DNA of 63,886 nucleotides, the filler included, from Ionaspis alba (taxonomy: Eukaryota), in the NCBI GenBank assembly GCA_964255285.1. It is 3 parts of 3 records of this genome, joined end to end, with 100 filler letters (N's around TTAATTAATTAA, not from the genome) between each part and the next. Parts side by side here need not be neighbours in the genome. Positions count along the whole stretch, not along the records: positions 21,374 to 42,581 come from CAXUUL010000227.1; 2 more parts are not named here. One strand, 5' to 3'. The position numbers and the translations under genes were made by a program. Below are positions 24,801 to 37,900 of the stretch, one piece after another (the first letter of the stretch is position 1; each line of letters begins with the position of its first letter). Under the pieces are notes generated by a model. That model was not told where the DNA came from. It made no database searches and worked only from the letters and a program-made list of their open reading frames with translations.

Positions 24801-25488
24801 CAACAACTTGTCGATATCTCCCTTCCCGATAGCATCGTTCGAATAATTGCTCAATAACAGCATGAAGCTGCTTCAGAATTCCTCTTTGTAATATTGGTGG
24901 CGAAGGATGTTCCCCTGGAATACCAGCATTTCCTCCGCTTGGTAAGGATGGATCAAACGTTGTCGAACTATCCTGTCGAGAGAGGAGCGACCGTGATGGA
25001 AGAGTGGATTGAGAAAAGGGGGTGGTGGGCGACGCTAGGGCGCCGGCTGTACTTGCAGCACCGTTCGTAGTAGAAGGGAAGGATGTTGTGAGTTGTGGCG
25101 GGTGCTGGTTTGCAGTGCTGGCAGGTGTTGCAGGATTGTGCATGGCAGAAAGTGCGATATATCTGTCGACGCATTTTGAGATGATTGTGTCTTCGAATTC
25201 TCCTTCTTGATCGATGTTGAAGAGCTTGCCAGCGCCTAGAGCAAAGATCATGCTCTCGTTATATTCCTGCAGATTGTAGTACACCTTTGCTGCAACCAGA
25301 GCTGCAAGCTCACGCTCCGGAAACGACTCATCTTCGTACAGAGCTTCTATCTCGCCAACTGATCCGGCGACTTCCGTCCATAGTGAGTTGATCTCCTGGT
25401 TGAGCTTCTCCAAAGCAAAGACTTGCAGGTCGGTGTCTGGCTCAGAAAGAAAACCGACTACTCCAGCAGCTGAAGTCAGACCGACCAT
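21896..25488 (-). CDS. RPN2: 26S proteasome regulatory subunit Rpn2 (3 exons)
   Basis: MVGLTSAAGVVGFLSEP, PC repeats ([53 protein letters not shown]), GIIDAGGRN, TQYWYWFPL; last exon PTGGVILV...PREFEYDTEGGED*. Confidence 0.97.
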
Positions 25489-26380
25489 CCTTGGCTAGAC
25501 CGAACGATATCGAAAGCGAGGTTTGGAGAAATAGGTGGGATAATGAATGTGTCGTGAAGGTGGTCGGCAACGGGGTTTAGAGGGGCGGAGTGGCGCAGTC
25601 GGTGAGTCAAAATGAATAATTACGAAACAGCTCTGAATGAGAGATCAGAGGGAGTAGGTCCAGAAGTGACTGGTAGAAGAGAAGACCCGAAAGGGAGGAT
25701 AGAGACCGTGAAGCTATCGATGAGTTTTGGTTTGCCCGTCAGGCACGTCAACTGGCGCAAGCTTACCTGTCAGGAAGCGCTAGACTCGATTTGGATGCCA
25801 CCAAAACACGTTCTGATAGGTCAACGTTGCACCAATAATCCGACAGCAGTATTTGGATAAAAATTATCTATCATTATTACTCTGATAGCGCAACCAGATA
25901 CGTCAAATGTAGAGAACTATATGGTTCTATCTCATCTTTTCCTGTTAACGACTTGAGCCAAAAGGCCGTACCGTACCTTCCATCTCGTGAACTTCAGGGG
26001 ATCGTGAAACCGAGCTATTCTACCTAGAGCAAACGCGACTCACAGGTTTCTCCTCAAGACCATGACAGCTGAAAGAGTTCTATACTCTCACAAAACACCT
26101 TTTATATCAGAATGCCATAGCGACTAAGGGCTATATCCATATCAAGTGTCGCCTCGGTGCGCTGGGAGTCGGTGAGCTACCTAGCAGCCTCACCCCTTGG
26201 TGCACCTAGCATACCATACTATTCATTCCCTGCAGGCATCACCACACCGATCTGGCTACATTCGATGCTCTGCTGTATAAAGTCGCAAGGTCTGGGGGTA
26301 TTTGTTTGGGAGGATAGGGTCCTTACGGTCTACGCCAATTATACTGGGTTTCTGAGTGTCGGCACTGGGAATAGTTCACC

Positions 26381-29176
26381 ATGGATCTCCGGTCAATCAT
26401 CAACACCGACACGAACACCGCCCCTCCTGCACGAAAAATATCCAAATTAGAATCGCCTATTAAGCAAGCCCACCTAAACAATTACCAAGCTCAGCAAAGC
26501 CCATACAGCGTTGCCTCCTCGAGCCATCAGGAGCCCGATCAGCGTTCTCGCCCTCCACAACCTCCTCCGCTTCAAGCACCAGGACCTGGTGAAATACTAT
26601 CTCCTGGGGGTCCTCAATCATATCGTGCCACTCAATCTCCATATCAAACCACTCCGACGTCCTCACTGAACAGTGGCCAATATCCTTTTCCACATCCCGC
26701 AAATGCGAATCCGGGTCATGGTTTTTCGGCCCCTCTGCCGCAATATCAACCGCGTGAGCAGACAACGACGATTACAGCCCCTATTACTCAGAATCACGGT
26801 CAGCCGAGTCCATCGCTATTGACTCCGACGACCGTAACAACGCCTGGAAGCGTAACAGGCTATGCACAATACCATCGACCCCAATCATCACATTCTTCTG
26901 CAACACCGACATCGGCACGAAGTCATACCCAGAGCTTTCCAAGAGACAGTCCACATCCCATAAATACGCAGACGAATCATCCTTCACAACTACATGCAAC
27001 GCAGCACTATCAATCTCAGCCAGGTACTCCTCTCGGACCGCCCCCGTCAGTTGGTAGGCCAAGCCCCGTATCCCACCGGGAACCAGCTGTACCATATCCT
27101 TACGAGCATCAACGGAGTCAGTCGAGCGGCTCCTTCAACCAAATGCATATAGCAATGCCGTCGCCAATATTGGCGACACCTCCCCCCCACACATCTTCAC
27201 CTGCCACTTATGGACCACGAGGTTCCGTTTCCCGTGCGCGGAGTTATGCAACTGACGAAGAGCGAGAAAGGAGTCTCAGCGTGAGCCCGAAGACAAGACT
27301 CCCAAGTCAGACGAGATCAGAACTTGCCGATAATGATCAGGGTCGGAAAAGGTCTATCATTACATCTGCCAAGCGCAAATTTTCAGATAATCTCCATGAT
27401 GTGAAGCCCATGGTTCCCACACATGATCGAGTTCAAAGTCACCATACACCGAGTGTTCATACCAGCCTTGATGATAGGAATGGTTACGCTAGGGCTCCAA
27501 ACGCTAGTGATCAAGAACGGGTACTGAAAGACCCACTCCCTAACCAAGAACAGCAGCAGACTAACACAACGTCACCAACTATGGGCACTATCTCGAATTC
27601 GATTCATGCTCAGAACGAATCCAATCGTTTCATGGCGCAAAGTGTACCTCGCTTGAATTCTTCCTCCGTTGCATCATCTTATCAGCTTTCGTCAACGGCA
27701 CAACCACCTCTAGATCAATATACGCCTCTATCACAAGCTTTTCAAACGTCTCTATCTACGGACCTTCCAAACGCTTCTGTTCCGACTCCTGCAGCAAGAC
27801 AATCAGCCATGCCATCGGCTCAAATCGCTTCGATGCCTGCACAAACTAGGAGAAAGCGGCAAAAGTTTGATGGGGTTCCTATCTGGGCTCAAAGCTACAG
27901 AAGGCACCTAGCTGGAGTTTTCAAGAATTCGATATCAAACAAACGGCAGAACAACGCGAGAGCAACGCCGCCCCTCGCCCTCAAGTCGGCACAGAATAAT
28001 GTGAAAGCCAATGGATTGCCCCCACAGCCCATTAAGGAAGAGAGTAATGGGCATTTTATGGCTTCCGACGACGTTCTGCTACCTAAGGCTCAGCCACTAT
28101 CTGATAAACCAGGACCTTTGGGCCCATGGGAGCGAAACATCCTCAACATGACTCCCTCAGACGAGCTCACAAAACTGATAGCAGACTTTCTTTTTACCGA
28201 GGTTGTGGCTCGAACAGATATCGGCGTGGCACCCATTGGAGGCGCAAGCGGTCCAGGTGCGGTGGTAGAAATCGAGGCCAAGATTGGACAACTGATAGAC
28301 AAAAACACGAACGATCGACTTCGACTTCCTGTGATGACCGAAAGTATCGTCAGTAAAGATGACCCAAACATCCGCATAGTGTTTAAAAGCTCTATGACAG
28401 AGGTGTGTCCTCGTCCCCTTCACCACCTTCAGCTGTAACAAACCTAACATCTACTTTAGGTTCAGCATCGTGCATCGAACAAGTTTCTGAACGAAGCCCT
28501 GATGTCTTCTCTTCCAAAGCCGAATGCGCCGACTCCTTCCAATCCTCGCATTCCCATGACCTACGTGCACACCAAAGAAGCCGACGCCTTCTACGAGCTC
28601 ACCCAAGCAGCCGAACTGTCTCTCCCGTCCTCCATCCGCGCTCAAATGACGTCACGCCATAACAAAGCCAAAGTGCGCATCACCACCGACCAGAAAACAG
28701 GTAGAGAGCTCGCCAAGATCATTAAAGTCCGCGTTGCGGATCTGGATGTCTATAGCCCGCGAACGCCATTCGATTGGCGGGTTAGTGTCAACCTAGAAAT
28801 GCGCTTCGATGGTGATGCGCGGGATTTGGTGGAAATGGTGGAGGGCGGGAGAAGAGCGCCAGAAAGAAACAAGGATCGCATGACTTATCGGCATTTGGCA
28901 TATCAGATTGATCTGACGCAAGTGACAATGGCTGAGGTAAGATCTCCACGTCCTCATACTTTGGTCTTTTAATCAGTCGTCGCTGACCGTTGTTTTGTAA
29001 AGTCTACGGCACAAGGCGAGAAGGAGCACGAACTCGAAGTCGAGTTGTCGACTGCTGAATTGCGGAAGCAAGGGGACTTGCTTCAGAGGGGATTGGACAA
29101 TGGGTATGAAGATCTGGTAAGGGGTTTTGTGGAGAATGTGAGGGTTTTGACGAAGATACGGTTTCCTTTTGGATGA
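26381..29176 (+). CDS. CET1: mRNA capping enzyme beta subunit, RNA 5'-triphosphatase (3 exons)
   Basis: Long P/Q/S-rich N-terminus, PIWAQ (Cet1 WAQ guanylyltransferase-binding motif), TTM motif A VEIEAKIG, KVRITTD, DWRVSVNLE, RNKDRMTY, IDLTQV, motif C EHELEVEL. Confidence 0.93.
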
Positions 29177-30082
29177 TCGTGGGAGGCTTGGGGCAGATGC
29201 AGGACTGGAGATTATGAATGGTCCTCTATTCGTGGCAAGGTGTGAGAGTTATGTTTATTTATGATACCCATTGAATGAAAGTTATTAGTTGTTTGCGTCT
29301 TTTGCGTTTAAGTGGGGAGAGCTTGGAGATATCGCTGGGCTTCTTAATTTTATCTTCGATTCATCTATTGGCAGAAAACTATTGCGTGTGGGAACTTTCG
29401 ATCTGCGTACTCTGTGCTTACTAGCGGTGTGGGTTGATGATTCTGGAAACCTAGGTTTTCGCCTAGTTCTGAGATATAACACCACCGTTGCCCACAAAAG
29501 ATTTGCAGCCACAAGTAAGATGAGTATCCAGATCTAAAGATGGCTTGCTGAAAGAGGATAAACTTTCCTTCTGCACGCCCGATACACGCACGACCACTCC
29601 TTTCCAGCTCCATATTCGTACTTAGTTGCGAAGCGAACAGTGCTACTGCCATAGGAAACCACTTGCAATAGCAGGTGGCTGCTAGGACTCAAGGTAGGGT
29701 AGAGAGTTTTTGTAGTTACAGCCAGAAAAGAAATCCTGAAGTACGTGCACATGTAGAAACTGAACCATGGGTGGCTTAGACTGTGTCAGGAGAAGGAATC
29801 AGTTTCGTGTTGTCTTAGGGGACAACCCTGAAATACACGATATGAGACTACGATCAAGCTGCGACTTACAGTGTTGGGATCGTTATCGAAGTCAGATCAG
29901 TATTCTGCGGCTCCATGCCCAATGTGAAAGGGGAACTCGGCAAACTTGTAAACAAAAGTTAGCAAGCAAACCTAGCCGAGCGCGGGACTCGTTCGACCTA
30001 GCTAGCTCCACCAATCATATGGTACACCGACAGACAATTCTGCTCCTACGATGAATGGAAGGTCTACGAGCTGGCAACGATA

Positions 30083-31498
30083 ATGTCGGTACGGCGGATA
30101 CCGCCTTTCAGACAGACCGAATGGCTATGTATACGGTGTGTGATACGCCTGTCGGGCACGAAGTCAATCCTCCAACGGCGCTTCTCCTCGTCCCCTCGAA
30201 GTCTTGACGGCATCACTCCTAGCCTATCTACACGATCGATATTCCGCCGCGAGTATTTCTCTGCTAATGGCTCTCTTGCTGGAATGGAGAGCTACGCTTC
30301 GAAACCAATATGGGCACACACCAACGGCAGCGAGCAGATTACCGCTTCTGCATCAGAATCACTACCGCAGCCACTACAGCCTTTAGAGCCACCTAACTCC
30401 AAAGTAGAACAGGCTCTTCCTGCAACTGATCTCCTAGACCGACGAAAAAGACGAAGAAGACCACTCCTAGCCGCAGGAACAGATGCGGAAGCTCAAATAC
30501 CACTCGACGCCTCCTCTCGCCTCTCCACAATATCCTCTGCCCTTCCGCCGAGATCACTCCGTCGCCTCTTCACCACCTACCTTTCACTATCGAAACCGCG
30601 CCTTTCATTCCTCATCGTCCTCACAACTGCTTCAGCCTACTCCTTATACCCTGTTCCTGCCGTTCTCTTACCATCCGCNNNNNNNNNNNNNNNNNNNNNN
30701 NNNNNNNNNNNNNNNNNNNNNNNNNNNNNNNNNNNNNNNNNNNNNNNNNNNNNNNNNNNNNNNNNNNNNNNNNNNNNNCCTACGGTTGCATTTCTCGGGG
30801 CACTCAATATTCTCCTCTACGCCGGAGTCTACACACCTATGAAGCGCATTTCTGTGGTCAATACGTGGATTGGTGCTCTAGTGGGTGGCATACCGCCACT
30901 GATGGGGTGGGCCGCTGCAGCTGGGCAAAGTGCAACTGGAAGTGGTGGTTGGCAAGAGCTGCTTCTAGGCCAAGAAAACATTGGTGGATGGCTATTGGCC
31001 GGACTGCTCTTCGCCTGGCAATTCCCTCATTTCAATGCTCTAAGCTGGCCCATCCGAGAAGAGTATAAGAACGCAGGATACCGCATGTTGGTATGGACTA
31101 ATTCGAAGATGAATGGTCGCGTAGCCTTTCGATACTCCCTCCTACTTGTACCGATATGTTTTGGTTTGACATACTACGGAGTCACGGATCGAGGGTTTCT
31201 CGTTTCGAGTAGCATCGTTAATGCTTGGGTTATTAGAGAAGCATGGAAGTTTTGGAGAAGAGAAGGCCACAAAGGGAGTGCCAGAGGGCTTTTCTGGGCA
31301 AGCGTGTGGCATCTCCCGGTTGTCATGGTGCTGGCTATGGCGCATAAGGAAGGCTTATGGGAGGGTATATGGAGACGTGTGATTGGAAACGAGGAGGACG
31401 AAGATATGTGGATATACGAAGATGACGAGACAGTGGAGCAGCTCAAAAAGCGGCCTATGCTGTCAGCGGTAAGGCCACTAGCTTCGGGGGTAGCATGA
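30083..31498 (+). CDS. COX10: Protoheme IX farnesyltransferase (heme O synthase); middle lost in an N gap
   Basis: YLSLSKPRLSFLIVLTT, YAGVYTPMKR, NTWIGALVGGIPPLMGW, WQFPHFNALSW, EYKNAGYRM, ARGLFWASVWHLP. Confidence 0.95.
   Translation: MSVRRIPPFRQTEWLCIRCVIRLSGTKSILQRRFSSSPRSLDGITPSLSTRSIFRREYFSANGSLAGMESYASKPIWAHTNGSEQITASASESLPQPLQPLEPPNSKVEQALPATDLLDRRKRRRRPLLAAGTDAEAQIPLDASSRLSTISSALPPRSLRRLFTTYLSLSKPRLSFLIVLTTASAYSLYPVPAVLLPSXXXXXXXXXXXXXXXXXXXXXXXXXXXXXXXXXXPTVAFLGALNILLYAGVYTPMKRISVVNTWIGALVGGIPPLMGWAAAAGQSATGSGGWQELLLGQENIGGWLLAGLLFAWQFPHFNALSWPIREEYKNAGYRMLVWTNSKMNGRVAFRYSLLLVPICFGLTYYGVTDRGFLVSSSIVNAWVIREAWKFWRREGHKGSARGLFWASVWHLPVVMVLAMAHKEGLWEGIWRRVIGNEEDEDMWIYEDDETVEQLKKRPMLSAVRPLASGVA
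30679..30778. other. 100-N gap inside COX10
   Basis: The UbiA-family N..D..M.RT segment is missing, so the true gap is probably larger than 100 bp. Confidence 0.9.
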
Positions 31499-31865
31499 AG
31501 AGTCTTAATGATACCCTGTTATACAAGATCAATCATGCCCAAGAGGATGGCATTCGTCATTGTCTATGCGCGCAAAAACAAAGAGCAGGAGGCCACTCTG
31601 GATGACGCTACGACCTAGTGCCATTTTTGGCTACCGAAAACTATCTTGGTTGGCGTCTATTGAAGGATCATTTCTTCGTTCACATTTTTCAATGTCTTCT
31701 GCAACAATAGGTCGGGCTTCACTATTGATCTAATTTTCATTCCCGTTCGTCAGAGAAGATGATAACATCCTCTTCTTCGTTCCATTTCATATCCCATAAT
31801 CTCCATGAAGTTACATTGAGTACAACGTTTGTCGATAACATCTCCGTTCATGACATAGGCCCACG

Positions 31866-32775
31866 ATGGCCGTGCCTTCGTCAAGCTTTCTCCGCTGCAT
31901 CTCTATCATCCCTTACCTCGCTCTATGCCTAGTTTCCTTCACTTACTTCACATGTACAGCGAGTGCCTTGGTTCTTATAGTCCGCTCATATCTCGAAAAT
32001 TCCAACCATGGTAGCGAACCCACCGAAATTTGGCTAGGCGCTATTCTTTCAACGGTGTCTGAGTTGGTCTGGGTAGGTCTCAATCCTCCATGCATGGACG
32101 CTCTCATGATTAGGAGCACTACTCATCAAATGGTTTTTGCGCAAAGGTCATCGCAACATGGTTTACAGGCTACGCCAATCTCAACATCGCGTGGGAAATA
32201 TGTCTTACTCCTCCAATATCAATGAATACCATCGCACACACCTCGCTTGTCATGTTCCATCCGCAAAATCACCAGTACATGGCATATTTTGCAGCAACCC
32301 ACGAAGTGGCCACTGCATCAAAACTGGTGCAAGTAGCAGTGACTTCTGTTAGCATAGTGTAGTAAGTAATTGCATACCTGCTCATCCATCTTGGTAGATG
32401 CTAATTCCTGGGGATAGTATCATCCACATCATCTTGATGATTACCTGCTGCTATCGAAGTGTTGGCAAGACGTGGTGGCAGGACGTGCTGGCAACGCTCG
32501 AGTCGGTGGCTCTTGAAGAGCTGGGCATGGAGATGGACGACGAGGTGGATGATGAGATGCATCGCTATACTAACGAGGAGGAGGTCACGGAATTGCGGAG
32601 GCCCAGACATAGCGGGCCAAGACGAAGGTATGGCAGAGGCAGCAGCGAAGGCAGCGACAAAGATGATAGTGATTATCGGGAGGATACGGAGAAAACCTCA
32701 AGTGACGAGCAAGATCTCTCCGAAGAGGGAGAGCTATCCGAAGAAGATAATGACTATGTGCATGTTGGAAGGTAG
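31866..32775 (+). CDS. Uncharacterised membrane protein with acidic C-terminal tail (3 exons)
   Basis: Splicing GTAGGT..TTAG (~32073-32113) and GTAAGT..ATAG (~32361-32417) gives one continuous frame with several hydrophobic segments and a D/E-rich tail; no family recognised. Confidence 0.6.
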
Positions 32776-33462
32776 AGTATTGTTGATCGAACGGAAGACA
32801 GCCCGGATTACACAGCTTGGGGGAGCTAAACTATCAACAGACACTCGTCAGGTCTTTTTGATGAAGCTGGAAGGAGGGGGTAGCAGGGCGATCGATGTTT
32901 GCTCTCAAAGTTAACTCATAATCAGAGAAACCATTTGAATGCATGACAATGCAACAATTGGCGGTGTCCGTTCCTGTGTCGCAGAGTCATTGAAAACCTC
33001 TAGCAAAGTGTTGTTTTGATCATGCTCTAGCTTTCTTTTGAAGGCTTTCATTTGATATCCAGACTGTTTGACGACTAACCTTCGGCCAGGGCATGGATTT
33101 GTACTCTTAGGGCAACTTATTATAACAAGCGAGGCACTTCATTTCTGACACATCACAAGGCGGTATCCTATGTCTCAGAGGTGGAAACCTGTTGATGACG
33201 GCTTGGGTTGGGGAGACGCCTTGTCCATACCCTACTTTATCCACAATCCTGAATGCCAATGGTCGGAAGTAAAATGCCGGAGGAAGTTGATTACAAATGA
33301 GTACATCCCGCATGCACGTGTGATTAGCGTTTGCCGTCAGCATTTTTGAGCGGGTCGACAATTATTTAATGAATCACATGTGATGGTTAGCTCGGATATA
33401 TTGAACTGACACTCTACGACTTCTTACGAATTCTTCTATCTGACACAAATCGTCGATCAAAT

Positions 33463-34383
33463 ATGGCTACAGATCAATCGATCCTAGTTCTAGGAGCCGG
33501 CGAGCTAGGCATGGCAATGCTACGGGCTCTTGCCCAACATCCACAACGCGGTTTGAACAAGCTCGCCGTCCTACTGCGTTCTCCCGCCTTGAGGAGCAAT
33601 GATCCAAAGAGGCAAGCGCAGCTCTCGGAGCTTAAACACCTCAACGTTGCGACTATCCCCGGCAACGTTACGTCCAGCTCTATAGCAGAACTTGCACAGC
33701 TTTTCAAGCCCTTCACGACAGTGATCGGCTGCGTTGGCATGACCGGTGATCCAGGATTACAGATCAAGCTTGCACATGCTGTACTGGAAGCCTGTGTCCA
33801 ACGATATATTCCATGGCAATTCGGTGTCGACTATGAGATCATTGGGCGTGGCAGTGCCCAAGACCTTTTCGCAGAGCAATTGGATGTCCGAGATCTCTTA
33901 CGGAGCCAGGCCAGGACGGAATGGGTGATCGTCTCAACTGGACTGTTCACGAGTTTCCTCTTCGAGAGTTTCTTCGGAGTTGTGAATTCGGAGAAGACGA
34001 CTGTGAGATGTTTGGGAGGTTGGCAGAACTCTTTGACGGTTACTGCAGTAGAAGATATTGGGAGAGCAACCGCAGAGATAGTGTTCGCAGCTCCTGATAT
34101 CAAAGACCAGGTCGTGTTCGTTGCTGGAGACACAGTGTCGTATGCTCAGCTTGCGGTGGTGTTGGAGCAGTGCCTGAAAAGACCGATCAAAAGAGTGGAG
34201 TGGAACCTGGACGCTATGAAAGAGGAATTGAAGAAGAATCCAAATGACGGGATGCTAAAATACAAAATTGTGTTTGCGGAAGCGAGGGGAGTGGCCTGGA
34301 AGAAGGAGGACACCTTCAATTACAAACAAGGAATTAAGATGACCGATCTGAAGGAATGGGTAGAGAGGAACATCATACAGTAG
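33463..34383 (+). CDS. NmrA-like / isoflavone reductase-family NAD(P)-binding oxidoreductase, intronless
   Basis: ILVLGAGELG Rossmann motif, YIPWQFGVDY, QLDVRDLLR, WVIVSTGLF, VTAVEDIG. Confidence 0.9.
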   Translation: MATDQSILVLGAGELGMAMLRALAQHPQRGLNKLAVLLRSPALRSNDPKRQAQLSELKHLNVATIPGNVTSSSIAELAQLFKPFTTVIGCVGMTGDPGLQIKLAHAVLEACVQRYIPWQFGVDYEIIGRGSAQDLFAEQLDVRDLLRSQARTEWVIVSTGLFTSFLFESFFGVVNSEKTTVRCLGGWQNSLTVTAVEDIGRATAEIVFAAPDIKDQVVFVAGDTVSYAQLAVVLEQCLKRPIKRVEWNLDAMKEELKKNPNDGMLKYKIVFAEARGVAWKKEDTFNYKQGIKMTDLKEWVERNIIQ

Positions 34384-34924
34384 TGATGAGCTCAGTGTTT
34401 ATATCCTATACCATGTCGAGCATCGTGTAGACTCGCAACTCTTATCGTATGTCTCCAGGGATATCTCAAACGTGTTCCCAAATATTTCGCGTTTCATTTC
34501 ACTCTAACGATCTGTTCTTCCTTGGAATGTGACAATCTCCGTTGGAGCGAAGGCAGTTGGGCTGAAACGGGTAAATCCAGTTGTCCAGCGGTGTTGCTTG
34601 TATAGACAAGGATTATAGATATCGACTATTGTCGGTGCGCAGTGGAACAACCGTTCATGTGTACATGCAATAAGACACGTAATATGCATCACAAGCAATA
34701 GAATTTCCCTTGGGAATTCGCACTCAAATAAAGTACTGCAAACCGATTTGGGTGCAATCAGGTCCCGGAAACCTTATTCCATGCGGCTCAACCACGCGTA
34801 AACCTCTTCCCGAGCCTACGGCGCTATAAGGCTCCTCCGGAAGCGTGAGCGTTCAACCCGGAGCTGCGTTCCACATGTGAAGGATTACGACCATGAATGT
34901 CGCTCACAGCAGACAACAAGCACT

Positions 34925-37900
34925 ATGTCGACTTCGGCTTCGAGCTCTTCTTCGACACTCGTGCGCTATCGCCCAGCAATACTCGCTCTGACTGCTCTAG
35001 CTGCCGGGTACACCATATACTACATTCACGATAGCTTCTGGTCACCGAGTGGATCGACTGGTTCAGCCTTGCACCGCCGAAATGCCGTGCATCGCCGACA
35101 TCATCAGAGGCGTCGTCGGCAGTCTTCGCCAAGTGAGCAGGCAGCTGTGGTCTCTTTCGACAGCACGACCGCTCTCAGAAGATACCGTGACCACGAAACA
35201 CAGTTTGGTACCTTTATGGCTACCTATAACGGCCGCCGGATTAAGATTCCTCTGGCTTCTGATACCCTACCTAGCCTTGACCCCCTCGTATCTCTTTACA
35301 ATATCGACGCACAAGATGCTACAGCCTTCCGATCTGAGGTCGAAAGATGTCTACTGATTGCTGTCTTTGCAACCACATTACCTGTCGGCGCGCAGTTGAC
35401 AGACCCAGGAGGAACAGAAGCTTTTGCTGCGACATTTCTCGAGGAAGGCTTTACGCCCCGATATGTTACAGAGATCGTCGAACGCTTCAACGCTTCCAAT
35501 CTCTCGACAAACTACAGTCAGTCAGGCGAGGTCTTTGAGGATGTTATGATCGACCTCGTTGGTCGTCCCTCGACGAACGAGCCGGACCTGGATCACGGTA
35601 GAGACGAGAGCGAGATACCTGTACAAGAAGCGTCAAATCTGCGAGAGGCAGTCGTGGACGGAGATACTGAGCATTCTTGGCAGGGAGGAGACGAGGAGGA
35701 AGAGACCAAGAAGGAAGGTCAGAGCTTGCTGAACCTGCTCTACCATATTGCGGAAGACCAAGCAAGAAGAGATGGCTATGTACATCGACATGTCACTTGC
35801 AATAGCTGCAATACAATGCCTATACGTGGAATACGATATCGCTGTGCCAATTGTAACGATTTTGATTTGTGCGAACAATGCGAAGCAATGCAGGTGCATC
35901 CTAAGACACACGTCTTCTACAAAGTTCGCATTCCTGCGCCATTCCTCGGAAACCCCAGACAATCTCAACCTGTCTGGTATCCTGGTAAACCTTCGAGCCT
36001 ACCCCAGCAGCTTTCGCGGAAGGAGACGAAACATTTCTGTAAAGCATCTGGTTACGAGGCGGCCGAAGTTGATGCTCTCTGGGATCAATTCAGGTGTTTA
36101 GCTGCCACCGAGTATCCTAAAGACCCAAACCAGTTGGGTATGGCTATTGATCGATTGACCTTTGATAAATGTTTTATTCCTAGTACAACACTTCGTCAAC
36201 CTCCACCGAACTTGATCTACGACCGTATGTTTGCATACTATGATACCAATGGTGACGGACTGATTGGATTTGAAGAATTTGTGACCGGACTTGCAAGCTT
36301 GAGGAGCAAGAATCAGGATGAGAAGTTGAAAAGAGTATTTCAGGGCTATGATATTGACTGTGACGGTTTTGTTAGCCGACAAGATTTCCTGCGCATGTTC
36401 CGGGCATTCTATGCTTTTACTAAGGAGCTCACCCGTGAGATGATTGCCGGCATGGAAGAGGATATGCTCGAAGCGGGTGGACAGCGAGACATCATCACGA
36501 GCAGTCAACCTCTGAGTTCGGCTTTCACTGGCGTGGTACTTAATGAATTGAGATCTCGAGCCGGATCAGGCAAAACTCAAGATACGTATGGTGATCTGCT
36601 CATATCGGACTCTGGAGACGTATTGCGAGAGAATAAAAGTGATGAGGGCGACTTGTATGAAGCGGTCGGTGACGTCTACGAAAGAGCAGTCTTCGGCAAT
36701 GTGTCTTCGCGATTGGATAACAGCGATGCTCCAACCATGAGTGCAAGCGAATATCGTGGCGAGCCTTCTTCAGACGATCAAGCCGCGAGGAATGGCGATG
36801 ACGAGTACTTAAGGGCTAACGGTACTCAGCAACTTGAAGAAGACAATGCCAGTATCGAGGATACCGATCGACTACCAAACGGTCGGCATATCAACGGCAC
36901 CCTCCCTCGTCCAATCCAGGATTCATGGCACGATACCGAATCAATTATTGAAGGTGCAGAGAGTGCTCTTAGAAGTTCCATATCAGTTGATGATACTACC
37001 GACTCTCACGATTTGGCGGTGGTCCGCGAAGCTGCCGCCACTAGGCAAGGCAAAGATGAAAAGGAACGTCAAGATCTCAGACACAAGGGTATTAATGAGC
37101 GTTGGGAAAGGCGACACTTCTACCTGGACGAAGAGAACGGTGTCTCAAAACCTAAACAATTTGAGGAGTCACAAGATACGACTTTGAGTACTCCATCAAA
37201 CAGTATTCCTGAGATGGAGAATTCGGTTGACAAGCGAAGAAAGGCGATCAAATGCGTTCTTGCATCATCGTCGCTGAAGTCCTTCAAATTCGGTGTAGAT
37301 GCCGAGTTGAGAAATCTTCATTGGCACAACGACTGTAAAGTGGACACCCACACTCTCATTGATCTTCTGATCAATATGGCAGAGCAGAGCTATGAGCAAG
37401 AGGTAATCGCAAAAACTCTTCATCAACTCGGCCTCGAAGGCAGTGAAGCCTCTTTGTTTGTCGATTGGCTGATCGACAAGATTTACCGAACGGCAGCGGA
37501 TGTGCAAAAGCAACCTCCAGCTGGGAGCTCCTCACAGGCTCCGAGACCTTCACGGAGATCAAGGTCATCTTCTAAAGTGCGTTTTCAAGACGACGTGACT
37601 GACCGTGAGGACGACGATACCCGCTCAACTTCATCAATAGCTTCTCGGAGCAGACCTGTAGGCGAGCGTTGGGGTGCTTATGGGGTTCCAGAGCCAGAGC
37701 AGAAAGTTGGTCGAGAAATTCTCTATCAGATGACTCAAGAAGGGCTCAACGAGTTGCTCGATCCCATTTTTGTTCAAAGAGAAGATCTTGCAATGGAGGT
37801 CATACACACTGCATCAGAAAGGTCGAGACTACGGTCATTGTTGTCATCATACGTCTCGGGAGAGATGCTGCAACTAGTCCGGTACCAAGTCTCAAAGCTT

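Noticed and set aside
25796..25802. GGTGGCA (minus strand) upstream of RPN2 as an Rpn4/PACE site
   Set aside because: Only a 7-nt partial match lacking the full AAA tail; not distinguishable from chance without comparison to other proteasome promoters.
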